64,000 nt of DNA, taken from NCBI GenBank assembly GCA_951406725.2, contig OX597823.1, positions 6,138,001 to 6,202,000 on the forward strand, read 5' to 3'. The notes beneath the pieces are model-generated. The model worked only from the letters and a program-made list of their open reading frames with translations. It was not told the origin of the DNA and did not search any database. This document shows, piece after piece, positions 12,480 through 26,084 of this stretch; within the stretch, counting starts at the first letter, position 1, and each line of letters begins with the position of its first letter. The stretch is from Octopus vulgaris (lineage: Eukaryota). Position numbers and translations under genes: made by a program.

Positions 12480-12632
12480 TTCTCTAGGCACAAGGCCAGA
12501 AATTTTGGAGGAGGGGGCCAGTGGATTAGATCGACCCCAGTACGAAACTGGTACTTAATTTATCGACCCCGAAAGGAGGAAAGGCATAGTCGACCTCGGC
12601 GGAATTTGAACTCAGAACGCAAGGATAGACAA
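12480..12632 (-). mobile_element. SINE family B, 5'-truncated
   Basis: GTCGACCTCGGCGGAATTTGAACTCAGAAC and TCTAGGCACAAGGCC tail. Confidence 0.85.
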
Positions 12633-12645
12633 AATACATATATAT

Positions 12646-12955
12646 TAACATGCAAGTGGCTGAGCACTCCACAGACACGTGTACACTTAACGTAGTTCTC
12701 GGGGAGATTCAGCGTGACACAGAGTGTGACAAGGTTCGCCCCTTTGAAAATACAAGTACAACAGAAACAGGAAAGAAAGTGAGAGAAAGTTGTGGTGAAA
12801 GAGTACAGCAGGGATCACCACCATCCCCTGCCGGAGTCACGCGGAGCTTTAGGTGTTTTCGCTCAATAAACACTTACAACATCCGGTCTGGGAATCGAAA
12901 CCACGATTGCACGACCGCGAGTCCGCTGCCCTAACCACTGGGCCATTGCGCCTCC
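12646..12955 (-). mobile_element. tRNA-derived SINE family C
   Basis: Minus head GGAGGCGCAATGGCCCAGTGGTTAGGGC (A box) and GTTTCGATTCCC (B box); close homologue at 46916-47194. Confidence 0.9.
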
Positions 12956-12963
12956 ATACACAG

Positions 12964-13006
<43 letters not shown>

Positions 13007-13167
13007 CTCATGTATACAAGCATATATACACTTGGTAACAAGACGCATACGTATTTCACAGGGTACATCATATTTAGTCTTACCAAGTTATTTCTTATCA
13101 AAAGTGCTCAACAAATGCTCATTAGGAATCACAAATAGTTTGCGGCTATGATATCAATTCAATACTG

Positions 13168-13582
13168 GGATCTTTTCGGTTTGAACGGCAGTTTTTAACA
13201 TAATTTCTAGGTAACTAAAAAAATTTTAAACTTCGTATGCTGGTAGGATGTGTTTATAAAACATCTTTTTCTCTTGGCTTTATTGAGAAAATTTTATAGT
13301 TTGTAAGATATTTGTTGTTTTTTTTTCTTCAATTTCTGCAATTTCAACCAATCAATTACGTCTATTCAGGTAAAAAAAACATTCTGTGCCGTATGAAAAT
13401 GTCCCTCGTTTAAGAAACAGATTGGGTTTATTTACATTTGTGAAGAAAAAAAAGATACCCTTCCCCCAGCCCTAACCCTAACAGAAATTGAAATGCAATA
13501 GATCGATACTAGGGTCGTAATTATGGGTGACAATTTCATATGACACCGCTAGAAAAAACTGCCGTTCAAAGCGAAAAGATCC
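13168..13582. mobile_element. MITE with ~29-bp TIRs and an internal telomere-like motif
   Basis: GGATCTTTTCGGTTTGAACGGCAGTTTTT / AAAAACTGCCGTTCAAAGCGAAAAGATCC (1 mismatch); CCCTAACCCTAA at ~13470; no clear TSD. Confidence 0.88.
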
Positions 13583-13671
13583 AATAATATTGTAAGTGAG
13601 CGAGGGAGTGCAATATGTTGCAGAGCAGCAAACACGGGAGAAGAATTTACGCAAATACAATTATACGATAT

Positions 13672-13673
<2 letters not shown>

Positions 13674-13760
<87 letters not shown>

Positions 13761-13818
13761 GCGTGTGCGTGTGTGTTGTGTGTGTGTGTGTGTGCGTGTG
13801 TGTGTGTGTGTGTGTGTT
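13674..13818. repeat. (TG)n microsatellite
   Basis: Direct inspection. Confidence 0.97.
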
Positions 13819-14407
13819 TGGGTGAGTGTGTAGTGTTTCCTTGCCTCTACCTCCTTCTCTCTCCTTCTTCAATCCTTTTTTAAGTCTCTTGATGTTCCTC
13901 TCATTTTTCTTCTCCCTTTTGGCCTCTGCTCCTTTGTACCAACACTTGTTACTTCCCCGCCTTCTCCCCGCTTCTTCCCCTCTCCATTACCGACCTACAC
14001 CAGTTAACATTTCATCTCTCTCTCTCTGTCTCTTTTCTACTAAGGGTTGCGTAAGAAACGTTAGCCTTCTTCTTCTTCTTCTTCTTCTTCGCCATATCAA
14101 ATATATTCCACTGTTTGAACTATTTATATTTCTGCTGACACAGAACACCGCTAAATTCTTCAGATTCTACCGTTTTATTATATCATCTAATACACACAAC
14201 AGGAATTTCATGTTTTTTTTTAATCTTATTTATTCAATTTTCATTTTTTCATCTTTTTATTCTTTCGGGATCGATAAAATAAGTTCCGGTTGAACAGTGA
14301 GGTTGATAGAATCAAACTGTATCCCTCCCCTAAAACGGCTAGTTTTGAATCAAAATTTGAAAACCATTATTATTAGAAGTGTTGTTAGAGCTGTCAGAAT
14401 CGCTATA

Positions 14408-14639
14408 TATTTCTTTATTGCCCACAAGGGGCTAAACATAGAGGGGACAAATAAGGACAGACAAAGGGATTAAGTCGATTACATCGACCACAGTGCGAAA
14501 CTGGTACTTAATTTATCGACCCCGAAAGGATGAAAGGCAATGTCGACCTCGGCGGAATTTGAACTCAGAACGTAGCGACAGACGAAATACCGCTAAGCAT
14601 TTCGCCCGGCGCGCTAACGATTCTGCCAGCTCGCCGTCG
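14408..14639 (-). mobile_element. Full-length SINE family B nested in an older, opposite-strand SINE B
   Basis: TSD GAATCGCTATA at 14397-14407 and 14640-14650; near-identical to the copy at 48770-48994. Confidence 0.93.
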
Positions 14640-16233
14640 GAATCGCTATAGCGTCAGACCTTGCGATCTTTCTGACGCATTACGTTCTGAGTTCAACTTC
14701 CGCCAGGGTCGACTTCGCCTTTCATTCTTGGTGGGGGTAGGGGAATTATCAGGCCAATACAATCGACTTTTATCCTTCTCTTCAAAATTACAAAAACTTA
14801 TTTTGTTTTGCATATTTGATTATATGCATGTTACACAAAAAAAAGGTTATGTTTTTTATCCTCCTTTTTCCATAACACTAACAATCCCTTAATTGTGGAG
14901 CGGTTGTTGTTTAACTCCAGATGAGCCCTATTCGAGCAGATTAAAGATACCTTGCCTTGCTCTTGGGCCTCAACTCCATGACGGAATAGTAGGGACACCA
15001 TTGAGTCATGCAGTATATATTGGGTGTATTTAGACCCGATGGAGCCCTTTTCTTTCCAGATCTGGGCATACACATTTCTTCTAGAAAGTTAAACAGACAG
15101 ACAAACGAAGAACCGTCTTAAGTACATCACTGATATTTTATCAACTCCAAAAGGATGAACGGCAAGTTGACCTCGACGGGATTCGAACTAAGTACGCAGA
15201 GGATCAGAAAGATGACAGCAAAGCTATCTACCCGACTCTCTAACGAATCTGTCAGATAGTCATCTTAGATGGTACTTAATCCACTCCAGAAAGATGAAAA
15301 ATATAAGTCAAATCCAGCGTGATCCCTACACAGAACGTAAATATTGAAAACCTTAATTCTTAATAACTTTGGTTTCTGTTTTAGGCAGAAAGTCAGTAAT
15401 TTTGAGGGGAGGGGAAAATGGAGCTGATCGATACCATCGACTCCAGTACTTGCATCGTACTTTATTTTATCGATCACGGAGATTGACCATGTATTGCAAA
15501 GCTGACTTCAAGTCGAATTGAGCTCAGAACGTGAAGATCCGGAACAAAAACCGCAAAACATTTTACGTCCACGTTCCAAAGATTTTGAGAGATCGCCGCC
15601 TTAAATTGGCCATAAACGACACAAGGCCAGCAATCTTGAAAGGAAAGGGTTTAGTCGATGACATCGATCCCAGTACATGACTGGTACTTTATTTCATTGG
15701 CCCGGAGGAAATTGTGCATTAATAATTTGTTTAGGGATTATTGAGGGTGGATTAAGAAAATTCAAAATGACGAGTTGGGTCAAATTGTAAAGATTCGGGT
15801 TGAGGTAAAATGTTGTTGAGTTATGGGGCAAAGTTGACCTCGACGGGATTTGAACTCAGAACAAGATATGATTAAATACTGCAGGACGTATTGTCCCCAG
15901 ATGCGCTACCGATTCTACCAGATACTCCTGACCAAGTTAATGCCATTGAAACATTAAACTTCAATTTAAAATTCTAGAATTCTGATGACGTCATTGATAG
16001 TTTTGGGTGCTGACGGGGGGTGGGGGGAAATGAATATCTTTTCAATTAGTGTAAACACGAGGAGCAATTGTTATCGTCCATTTACAGTCGCTGCTGCTGC
16101 TGTAGTGGTGGTGGTGGTGGTGGTAATAGTGATGTTGTAGTAGCAGTAATAGTGTTGTTGTTGTTGGTATTATTTTCATCTTTAACCCATTTTCAAATTT
16201 GTTTGGTATAAATCTAAAACAATGAATTGCAGG

Positions 16234-16325
16234 TCTCTCTGTCTCTATCTTTCTCTCTCTCTCTGTCTTTTTCTCTCTTTCTCTCTCTCTCTGTCTTTTT
16301 CTCTCTTTCTCTCTCTCTCTATCTA

Positions 16326-16358
<33 letters not shown>

Positions 16359-16363
16359 ATATT

Positions 16364-16404
<41 letters not shown>
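16234..16404. repeat. (CT)n-rich tract
   Basis: Direct inspection. Confidence 0.95.
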
Positions 16405-16408
<4 letters not shown>

Positions 16409-17141
16409 GCAGTGTTTGTGTGTGTGTAGAGGAATTTATATATGTATGAACACAGTGATGGACATACGCACATACACAGTTATATACACATATGTAGCAT
16501 AGTTATACACACATCTACATACATGTGTGCTAGTAGATGTAAGTCTTCATTTGTATAACAATATACTGGTATATAGGTGACTTTGTGTGTGTGTGTGTGT
16601 GTGTGTACAAGAAAACTTGCAATGATTTATGCGTATATACATCGTTATATACAAATACATGCCCATATATAGCCTTATGTAAGTTATACACTCACTTATG
16701 TATGTCATACACGTACACACACGCATGGATACATATAATAATACTGCCATATGCATAAATGCTTGTAATACAGCTATATTTGTATGAAACTATATCGCTA
16801 TATGATGTGTCGTCTGTGTAATAATTAATGGTTATCACGTTTTCCAATTGAAATTGAATATTAATAGTTTATACCCGGATAAATTCCTCAAAAAATCGTA
16901 AACAAACCGCTGACACCCGAATAATTTTCCACTCAGAAAAAAACCCTTATCCGAGTGGAATACGATGTTGCAGAAAATATATTGAGAGACTCCAACAAGT
17001 GACACCAAATTAGAAAACATGATCTGGGTAATACTGAGCAACACCTATGAAGTTTAATGAATTCATGGTCAAAGCCCAATTCCATTTTTTATAGGCTTTG
17101 CCACGGATCTTTTGACTCACATTCTACTATTGGTTAACATA

Positions 17142-17554
17142 GGCGCAGGAGTGGCTGTGTGGTAAATAGCTTGCTAACCAACCACATGGTTCCGGGTTCA
17201 GTCCCACTGCGTGGCATCTTGGGCAAGTGTCTTCTGCTATAGCCCCAGGACGACCGAAGCCTTGTGAGTGGATTTGGTAGACGGAAACTGAAAGAAGCCT
17301 GTCGTATATATGTATATATATATATATATGTGTGTGTATATGTTTGTGTGTCTGTGTTTGTCCCCCTAGCATTGCTTGACAACCGATGCTGGTGTGTTTA
17401 CGTCCCCGTTACTTAGCGGTTCGGCAAAAGAGAGCGATACAATAAGTACTGGGCTTACAAAGAATAAGTCCCGGGGTCGATTTGCTCGACTAAAGGCGGT
17501 GCTCCAGCATGGCCGCAGTCAAATGACTGAAACAAGTAAAAGAGTAAAAGAGAG
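17142..17554 (+). mobile_element. Full-length tRNA-derived SINE family A
   Basis: A box GTGGCTGTGTGGT, B box GGGTTCAGTCCC, CORE-like CTTGGGCAAGT motif, internal (TA/TG)n, CR1-like tail GGCGGTGCTCCAGCATGGCCGCAG, (GTAAAAGA)n end. Confidence 0.93.
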
Positions 17555-17599
17555 TATAGCTCTGAATATTCTTCCAGTATCGACAGGAATATTTTTATT

Positions 17600-18060
17600 G
17601 TTCCTTCTACGAGCTTAACTTTCCATTAAATTAATCTCGTCTATGGTTTCCCTGTCATTTAGAAGATACAAGAAACCTCTCGCCTAATTAGGACAATGCC
17701 TAATTTTCTGTAATACCTTTATTTTCTGTAAGAAAAGTTAAACTCATTACTACAAGAGATAATTTGCCGATTATGCTGACCAATGTCTGCCTATCAGTGG
17801 AGAATTATTTCACTTCGGTATGCACCACATTTTGAAAACTAGGTTGGTTGTGTCATTTGTGAGTAAAGATATCTCGGCCAAATATAACGATACAAAGGAC
17901 AATGGGAGTTCACTGATCACAGACCCCCTTCGACCGGCAGTCAAGTTACCTTATTGAGTTTAGTTAGGGTCAGTTGTTTTCTCTTTTGAATCAATATCTT
18001 TGTTTTTAACAATGGACACGAAGTAGATGAAGCCTTTGGTTGTTTTATCTTATACTCTGC
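17600..18060 (-). mobile_element. Very old RTE-like LINE fragment
   Basis: Minus translation KGFIYFVSIV..DSKE, VLCIVIFG, LVFKMWCI resemble RTE F.YLGS, VL..YG.E, AFEMWC motifs. Confidence 0.45.
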
Positions 18061-18253
18061 GGTGGATGAACAGTTCTCACAGTCAGTATATTTCCTTTCT
18101 ATGCAATAATGTCAGCCGGGATCTTGCAAGGAATACTGACTGACGTATTTCGTCTAGATCTCCTGCATCCCCCTTTATTACTACAAACACACATCTTTTA
18201 CCTTTTATTTGTTTCAGTCATTAGACTGCGGCCATGCTGGGACACCTTCCTAC

Positions 18254-18255
<2 letters not shown>

Positions 18256-18294
<39 letters not shown>

Positions 18295-18406
18295 TAGATA
18301 GATAGATAGATAGAAAGATAGATAGATAGATACATAGATAGAGAGGTAGAGGTGTAGATAGATAGATAGATAGATAGATAGATACATAGATAGAGAGGTA
18401 GAGGGG

Positions 18407-18469
<63 letters not shown>

Positions 18470-18470
18470 A
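18256..18470. repeat. (TA)n(GATA)n microsatellite with a duplicated interruption
   Basis: ACATAGATAGAGAGGTAGAGG occurs twice within (GATA)n. Confidence 0.95.
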
Positions 18471-18659
18471 TATACGACGGAAGGTGCGACGCATAACCAA
18501 CATTTGGGGCTTATAAGTAAGTTTCACTCCCCACTCCTGTATCTAAGGTGGTTAGAAAGGACATCGAACCGCAGGTTAAGCTAGAATGGGGGATACGAGC
18601 TACATAACAACACCACCACCACCACCAACAACAACAATAACAATAACAACAACAATAAC

Positions 18660-18700
<41 letters not shown>

Positions 18701-19226
18701 TAATAAAGAAAATATATTTAGTATTTTTGGCCAGAAAAGACTGATGAGGTGTATCGAGAAGATTGAGTAATTTTACCAAACGAATGTGTAATCTTGTCAA
18801 TTGATTTACTTGGAAACGTGTATGTTTTATAAAACTTAAATGCCAATATAGTTTTTCATTTCTTTTTATATCTTTATATTGAGAGAGAGAGAGGGAGAGA
18901 GAGAAAATGGTAGCCTGTGATTTGAAGAAGATTTGGCTGCTATTTCTAGATCAAGCGACTACATTAGAAGCACGTTAGTTGATTCGCACTATTTATTTAG
19001 TTCATTTATTTATGATATAAGTTAGGAAGCAAGAATAAAGGAAGATTGGAAATTCCTGCCGGGATCTCGTGACATATTTATTTCATGATTCTGCAAACGT
19101 TCACCGAAATGTCAACCGCCTCAATCTCTCTTGACAATAAACAATCAGTGTTAATTACGAGTGAGTGTATATATGAGTGTGTGAGTAGAAATATATGTAC
19201 GCTATATATTTGCATTTGTACACAAA

Positions 19227-19228
<2 letters not shown>

Positions 19229-19283
<55 letters not shown>

Positions 19284-19375
19284 TAAACATATATATATAT
19301 ATACACACACATATATACACATATACATATATACACACACATATATACACATATACATAGGTGTATATATATATG

Positions 19376-19419
<44 letters not shown>

Positions 19420-19615
19420 CACACATATACACACATATATACACATATACATAGATGTATATACATATATGCATACATGTATATATATATATATACACAC
19501 ATATATAATATATATATATACATGCACACAAACATACATATATACAAACACACACACACACACAAACAAACACATACGAACAAACTAGAACACATGCACA
19601 CACACACACACACAG
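19229..19615. repeat. (TA)/(CA) compound microsatellite
   Basis: Direct inspection. Confidence 0.95.
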
Positions 19616-20203
19616 ACCCATATACAAGTACGATACAAAAGTCATTACATACTTTTGCTTTTCATTTCAGTTTCACAAACAATTGATGTTGGGTTCTTTG
19701 TTTTTGTTTTCTTCTTTATCTTTTAGATTTGTTCTTTCTTTTTCTGCTTTCATTTTCATTCCCCTCCCCCCCCCACGGTCTTCCTCTTTTTTTCTATCTC
19801 TTCCTCTCCTCTTTAACACATATATGAAAATATGTTACTCAAAATGGCATTATTTATTTAGGTATTTATTTATTGTCTTTGCAAATCTGTTTTATTTAGT
19901 TCCACAGTATTTCGTTCTGATTTCATTTTCCCAGACTCGGTACACTAAACGGTTGTCGAGTACGACTTTCATCAATTGTTCAAATATTTTTGGAAACATT
20001 ACACTTAAACACACACATGCATACACACAGTTTCCTTCTATGGAATTCACTGACAAGGCATTGATCAACCAGGGGATTTAGTAAAAGAAGCTTGGCCAAA
20101 GTGCCGCACAACAGGATTGAACCAGAAACTATGCTGTAATGAAGCGAACTTCTTAACCACAGAGCCATAACTACGCACATATATATATAAACACACCACA
20201 CAC

Positions 20204-20234
<31 letters not shown>

Positions 20235-20285
20235 TGTATGTATGTATGTATGTATGTATGTATGTATGTATGTATGTATGTATGT

Positions 20286-20443
20286 ATTAGAAGGTTTGGA
20301 GGTGATGTACAGGTATTATATATGAGAAGAAATAAGGTACTCAGAAATCTGGATGGTTGTACATTTACATATTTTCATTAATATGTCACATGTTTTTATA
20401 AATCATATTATAGGGCTTGCATCTACTCTAGTAGAATCTTCAG
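20286..20443. repeat. Single-arm copy of the repeat forming the 1417-1690 palindrome
   Basis: ATTAGAAGGTTTGGAGGTGATGTACAGG...GCTTGCATCTACT near-identical to 1417-1560; follows (TATG)n. Confidence 0.9.
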
Positions 20444-21662
20444 ATTTGAATTTTTTTAGGGGATTCCTCTCTTTTTATAGTATCATTGAGTGTGTAGGGG
20501 TGGAGAGAGATATAGGATAGTAAAAGAGGGTGATGAACGGGGAGAAAGTGAGAGAGTGCGTGTATCTGTGTGTGTGTGTGTTTGTTGGTGCCTGTGTATC
20601 TGAAAGGAGTGTCAATGGAAAAGAGAAGGAAAGAAAGGAAGAGAGAAAGAAGAAACAAAATGCGTTTACATCTATATATATATACACGCAAACACACACA
20701 CGCAAACATGTATTTCTTTTATATATTTCAGTTCATTCCTTTATTGCCTTTTTTCTCTCTTTACAATTGTCTCAGAAATCCTCATTCGCACTCTTTTCCT
20801 CTCGATAAATATATCAAAATATACAGCTTTAAATTACTTTATTTCGTTTTAACATGTGTAATACAGTAAACATTGAAAATATACATAGGAACTGTTGAAG
20901 AAAATACAAACAATATTAAGCAATGACTAACATTATCAAAGTACTGAGATCCATTTACTCGACTATAATCATCTGCCAAAATATGAAGCCTTCTATCTGT
21001 ATTATTAATTGCCAACTAAGGGAAATAACCGCTGTTCATGTTTCGGTCTTATTACAAAACTTCGTCTTTTCAGCGAAGCATACATTTCATCATATTTAAA
21101 GTGGTAATAGAAGAATCACTATGTAAATGCCCAAGGTTGTAACACTGGTTGGTGTAGACATCTAGAATTTTGTAAAGAAAGCTTTAAATGCCAATTTCAT
21201 GCTTCTTAACTTCCACTGCTCAGTCACTATATTTTATTTATTCATTTATATATTTAGCTGCTTCATATTTTAAAAATTATACTAATTTATTCAAATAAAA
21301 ATACGTATTTTTTAAAACTTCAGAATTATAAAGTCAAACCTTATCAAAAACAAAAAAAAGAGTCGATTATATTAAACTCAGTCACTACTGAAAAGAAAAG
21401 GAACGTTACCTATTGACTTCCGGTGAGACGAAAGGAGAAGTCAACACAGAGTAAACGCAGAGTGTAAAATAATAAAAATTCTTGAAATATATACACCAGC
21501 GATCCACTGAGTCTGACAGACTCCGCAATTAACTTTTTAAGTATCTTAAAATAGAACCTTTTATCTTTTATCGTCTTCCCCTTCATTCGTATTAGCCAAA
21601 ATCCCTTTCTGTTTCTCATGGCTTTCACTTTATGTTCATCCCTAACTGCTTCATCCTGTACT

Positions 21663-21696
<34 letters not shown>

Positions 21697-21750
21697 TTTT
21701 ATTATTATGGCGGTAAGCTGTCAGAATCGCTAGCTCGTAGGACAAAATGC

Positions 21751-22329
21751 GGCAAGACTTCCGCCTGTCCTCACCCCGAAACCACTCTTTTCTAAAACTT
21801 TATTTTTTCGACACAACCCCCCCCCACCTTTTCGGCTACGGGGAATACGAATCTGCAAAGAAATTAGCAAAAATCGATATTTCTAAATTACACTCCCCCA
21901 CCCCCATTTCCTTCATTTTAAACTTTTTTCAGAATCTTTTTTTTCTCTCAAAATATGCGGAAAAATACGGAGATTATGATTCTGAAAAAAATTTTCCAAA
22001 AATCTTTGTAAATTTTTTTTAAAGAATTTTTTCTTTCATAGATATGCGGAAAAATACGGACATCAGGATTCGGACAAAAATTTCAAAACATTTCTGTACT
22101 TACGGTTTTAGGGTTAGGGTTAGAGTTTTAGGGTTAGTGTTGCAGAAAAAAGTCAAAATTGAAGAAGTTGTGTGTGGGGGGGAATTTTCACAATGCCGAT
22201 TTTTGGCAATTGTCCGGAACCTCCGTATCCGAAAACGGGGATTTTGGCAAAAAAAAAAAAAAAAAAAAATTACAAAAATAAACAAATTTGGGAGAAAATG
22301 GTGGGTGGTTGGGGGGCGGAAGTCTTTCC
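21751..22329. mobile_element. MITE (Merlin-like or hAT) inserted in a SINE B
   Basis: TIRs GGCAAGACTTCCGCC / GGCGGAAGTCTTTCC (14/15); 8-bp TSD CAAAATGC / CTAAATGC; internal TTAGGG-like run 22107-22137; host SINE runs 21708-21750 and 22338-22500. Confidence 0.88.
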
Positions 22330-24429
22330 CTAAATGCTTACCGGCATTTCCTTCAGTTTTTTTACATTCTTAATCAAAATCCCACCGAAGTTAACTTTAC
22401 CTTTCATCCTTACGGGTCGATAAAATAAGTACCGGTTGAGCACGAGTAGATGTAATTGACTTTATCCTAAAATTGCAGGTCTTATCCCCAAAATTTAAGC
22501 CATTTTTATTTGTCTCAAGAAGATATATTTTTGAGGATGCGCACACCACTTAAATCGATAAAATATGTAACTACTACGTACGTGGTAGCTACTTATTTTA
22601 TCGACCCTAAAGAGACGAAAGGTAAATTCGACACGGTTGAATTCAAACTCAGAAGAAAGAACGAAGCATTAAAAATAAGATAAACAGAAAAAAAAAAGTA
22701 AGAAAGAAATCATCATCCGGTATTTTTACCGATTCTGACAGGCATAACCTCGTTTACTTGTTAATAAATAACACAAAAGAGATCGTGGCATTGTTTCCTG
22801 CCTCCTTTATTATATTCCCGTTGCCCCTTTCTCTCTCTTAATACCTATGTCAACATTTATAAATCATAATGACTCTCCTACTTTATTGTTTTCCTTCAAC
22901 ATTTAACTGTCTTTCCGGCTTCTCGATATCGCCAAACAGCTTTCTCTTTTTATCTTTTACTTTCTGTCTACCTACCAACCTACACACCTTTCTTTCTTTC
23001 TATCTATCTATCTATCCATCCATCTACATACGTGTTTTCTCTACATATTCTTTCTAATTATCAATCTGTCTGCACCGCACTTTCTTCCTATTCTTCTTTA
23101 CCTTCTGATATATCTAATTTGTCTATAAAATACATCAAAATATATAACTGGAAAATGGCGCTCGTTATCATTTTAATCTGACAACCACAATAACAGCTTG
23201 GACAGCAATAGGTCAACCTCAACGGGAAGCCACACTCAGCTGCTCATAATGTCATTAGGGTGAGAACTAGAAAAAAATATAATAAAAGAAAAAGAGAATG
23301 GGTTGTCTCGATCATTTTACATCATCACCAGCCTACACATCAGAGTAGACTGCCATACAGAAAGAGCATCGTGAATGAAATATATTTAAAGGGCTCAATC
23401 ATTAAGTAGCTAAAGATGGTACGCCTACACCGGAAGCTGTGTCATATTTTATGTAAGGAGTGTATCTTGTGAGACAGTAAAAAGAATTTTTGAGGGAGGT
23501 TTAGGCGAAACGGTATGATGAGGAAACACAGAAAAGAAGAAGAAGAAAAACACTACAAAATATTAAGTAAACAGATACATAAATAAAGGAAATAAACGAA
23601 AGAATTCAGAGTCTATTTTCTACTCTCTGACGTCTTCAACCTAAACTTAACCACGCAAAAGAGAACTGCGTTAGTTTTTAATTCAGTTTTTGTTTATTTC
23701 TATTTATTTATACATTTATTTATTTTGCTGATTTCTCTCTGCTTTTTCGGTCTTTAAATTGCTTTGCATTCGTTTGTGTTTCTTTCTTGGGATGAATGTC
23801 ATTTTCTCACACATACATATATGCACACTCACATATATGTGTATGTACGCATGCACACACACGTTTATATACAAACACTCATATATACGCACATCCAACC
23901 TTCCCTCCATACACGAACACATACAAACACCCACCCACCCAGCCATCTAAGTGCTGCAAACCAAGGTGAATACCCTTTGCTAGTGATGTCTCACAAATTG
24001 GAACCTGTCCATTACAGTCACCTGTTGGTTTAAAAGACACGGTACACTCCTAGCGGTTGCGTGTCTCTATTTCCCCAGACATTTGGATTAGCTCATATTT
24101 GAGTCATCTCCCTTGCTTGTCTACAGTGAGTAGTTGTTTCCTAATTGCAAGGATAATTCTCAGATAATTAAAGCTTTTTACCTCAAAGCTTTACGTATGT
24201 GAGACACAACCACAAATATATATATGTATGTGTATATATACATACATATATATACGGCAATAAGAAAATGGAGGAGATCAAGAGTTGATATTCATCAACT
24301 TTTAGACATTATATTGCATGTTTAGTATTAAAAAAAAAACAACAATAACAATATACATGTATAACGTATTATGCTATACATAATACCAGTAATTATTAAA
24401 ATATATAACGTAGAACATATAAAGTAGAA

Positions 24430-24499
24430 CAGTTTCTTACAGCTGTTTCAGCCAAGAGGTCATAGTACCCCTCTTTACTTCCATCTCTTCGGTGAACTG
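24430..24499 (-). ncRNA. Degenerate minimal hammerhead ribozyme-like motif
   Basis: Minus strand CAGUUCA-CCGAAGA-...AAGAGG/CCUCUU...-GAAA-CAGCUG-UA-AGAAACUG. Confidence 0.55.
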
Positions 24500-24512
24500 A
24501 AGTATTTGGTAG

Positions 24513-24546
<34 letters not shown>

Positions 24547-25719
24547 CCACACACACACACACATATTTACGTACAAACATACCCATAGGTACATACATAT
24601 TTCATGTGTTGAGAAGGGAGGACTACTGTAGCAATTCGTATTTTTCTTTTTATATAATTATAATAATTATATACAAACATATAAACATGCAATATGTTGT
24701 CTATTCAGGGGTTGGAGATAAAGGCCCACAACAAGTGGGTTAGAGTTTATATTAATACCTGTGATATTAGTCGGCACTAAAAGTAATAAAATATAGAGAG
24801 ATAGACAGATAAATATAAAGAGAGATTCATATCTATATATAGTATATATATATTTACATATATATATATATATACATATGTATATATATACATATATATA
24901 TATATATATGTAAACATACACATGCAGACATACAAATACATAAATGTACATACATTAAAGTACATATAGATATATACATACATGTATTTGAATGCATATA
25001 CTTATATACATGGACACACACAAACATATATATACTCATATATGTACACGCATACATATATGCATACACATGCATATATAATTTTTAAATTATGTGTGTG
25101 TATGCCACTTATATCACATTATTTAACCATAAAACTATCATCATCATCACTATCATCATCATCATTATTATTATTATTATTATTGGTATTCTTACTAATT
25201 GTCAGTGTGTTTATTTTTAGATGCTAGCATTGATGTTAACCAATGGCCTCTCTAGAAAATGTTCTACTTATTGCAACTAAAAACAAACAAAAACCCCCCA
25301 AAAAGTGGGGGTACCTGCCCCTCTTTCTCCATCCTACCACGTTTATTTATCTTCTATTCTGCTTATCAGCTGCTCTCCTGCAACTTCCTATTTAGTTGAT
25401 TTTAGACATGGTGTGACGTATTTAGCCAAACTGCATACATTATATACGTGTGTGTGTGTGTGTGTGTGTGTGCGCGTGTGTATAAAATTCAGAGACCCAG
25501 ATATATATACATATATATATATATATATAAATAAATTAAATTAGAGATAAAACCACTATTAGGCAAATCAAACAGAGGAAAACATAAACCAAAACATAGA
25601 AATAAAATTAATTAATATAATATACAAAAAATATATAAAATATAAAATTCAAAATTTAAATTATTTAAATTTAAAATTAAAAAAAAAATTTTAATTATTA
25701 ATTTATACTTATAAATTTT

Positions 25720-25750
<31 letters not shown>

Positions 25751-26084
25751 TTTTTTTCATTATTTTTATTTTTATTATTATTATTATTTTATATATATAT
25801 ATATGTATATATGTATGTATGTATATCTGTCTCTGTATTTTACACACACACACGCACATATATATATATATATCTACAGAGAGAGAGAGACAGAGATATG
25901 TGTGTATGTATGCATATATGTATGTATATAAATATATGCCTTTATGGAGATTTAGAATAAAAACAATTTAACATTAAACTGAAGTCTTACTTGATCTTTA
26001 TTAAGATTCATTAAAACTGATATGGATGAATGTACCCATCTATATATGTATGTTTATATATTTGTGGACGTATATTTTATATCT

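Noticed and set aside
12884-12955. tRNA gene (also 47125-47194)
   Set aside because: A and B boxes are present but the cloverleaf is imperfect and continues into a SINE body.
22107-22137. True telomere or chromosome fusion site
   Set aside because: Only ~30 bp and inside a MITE.
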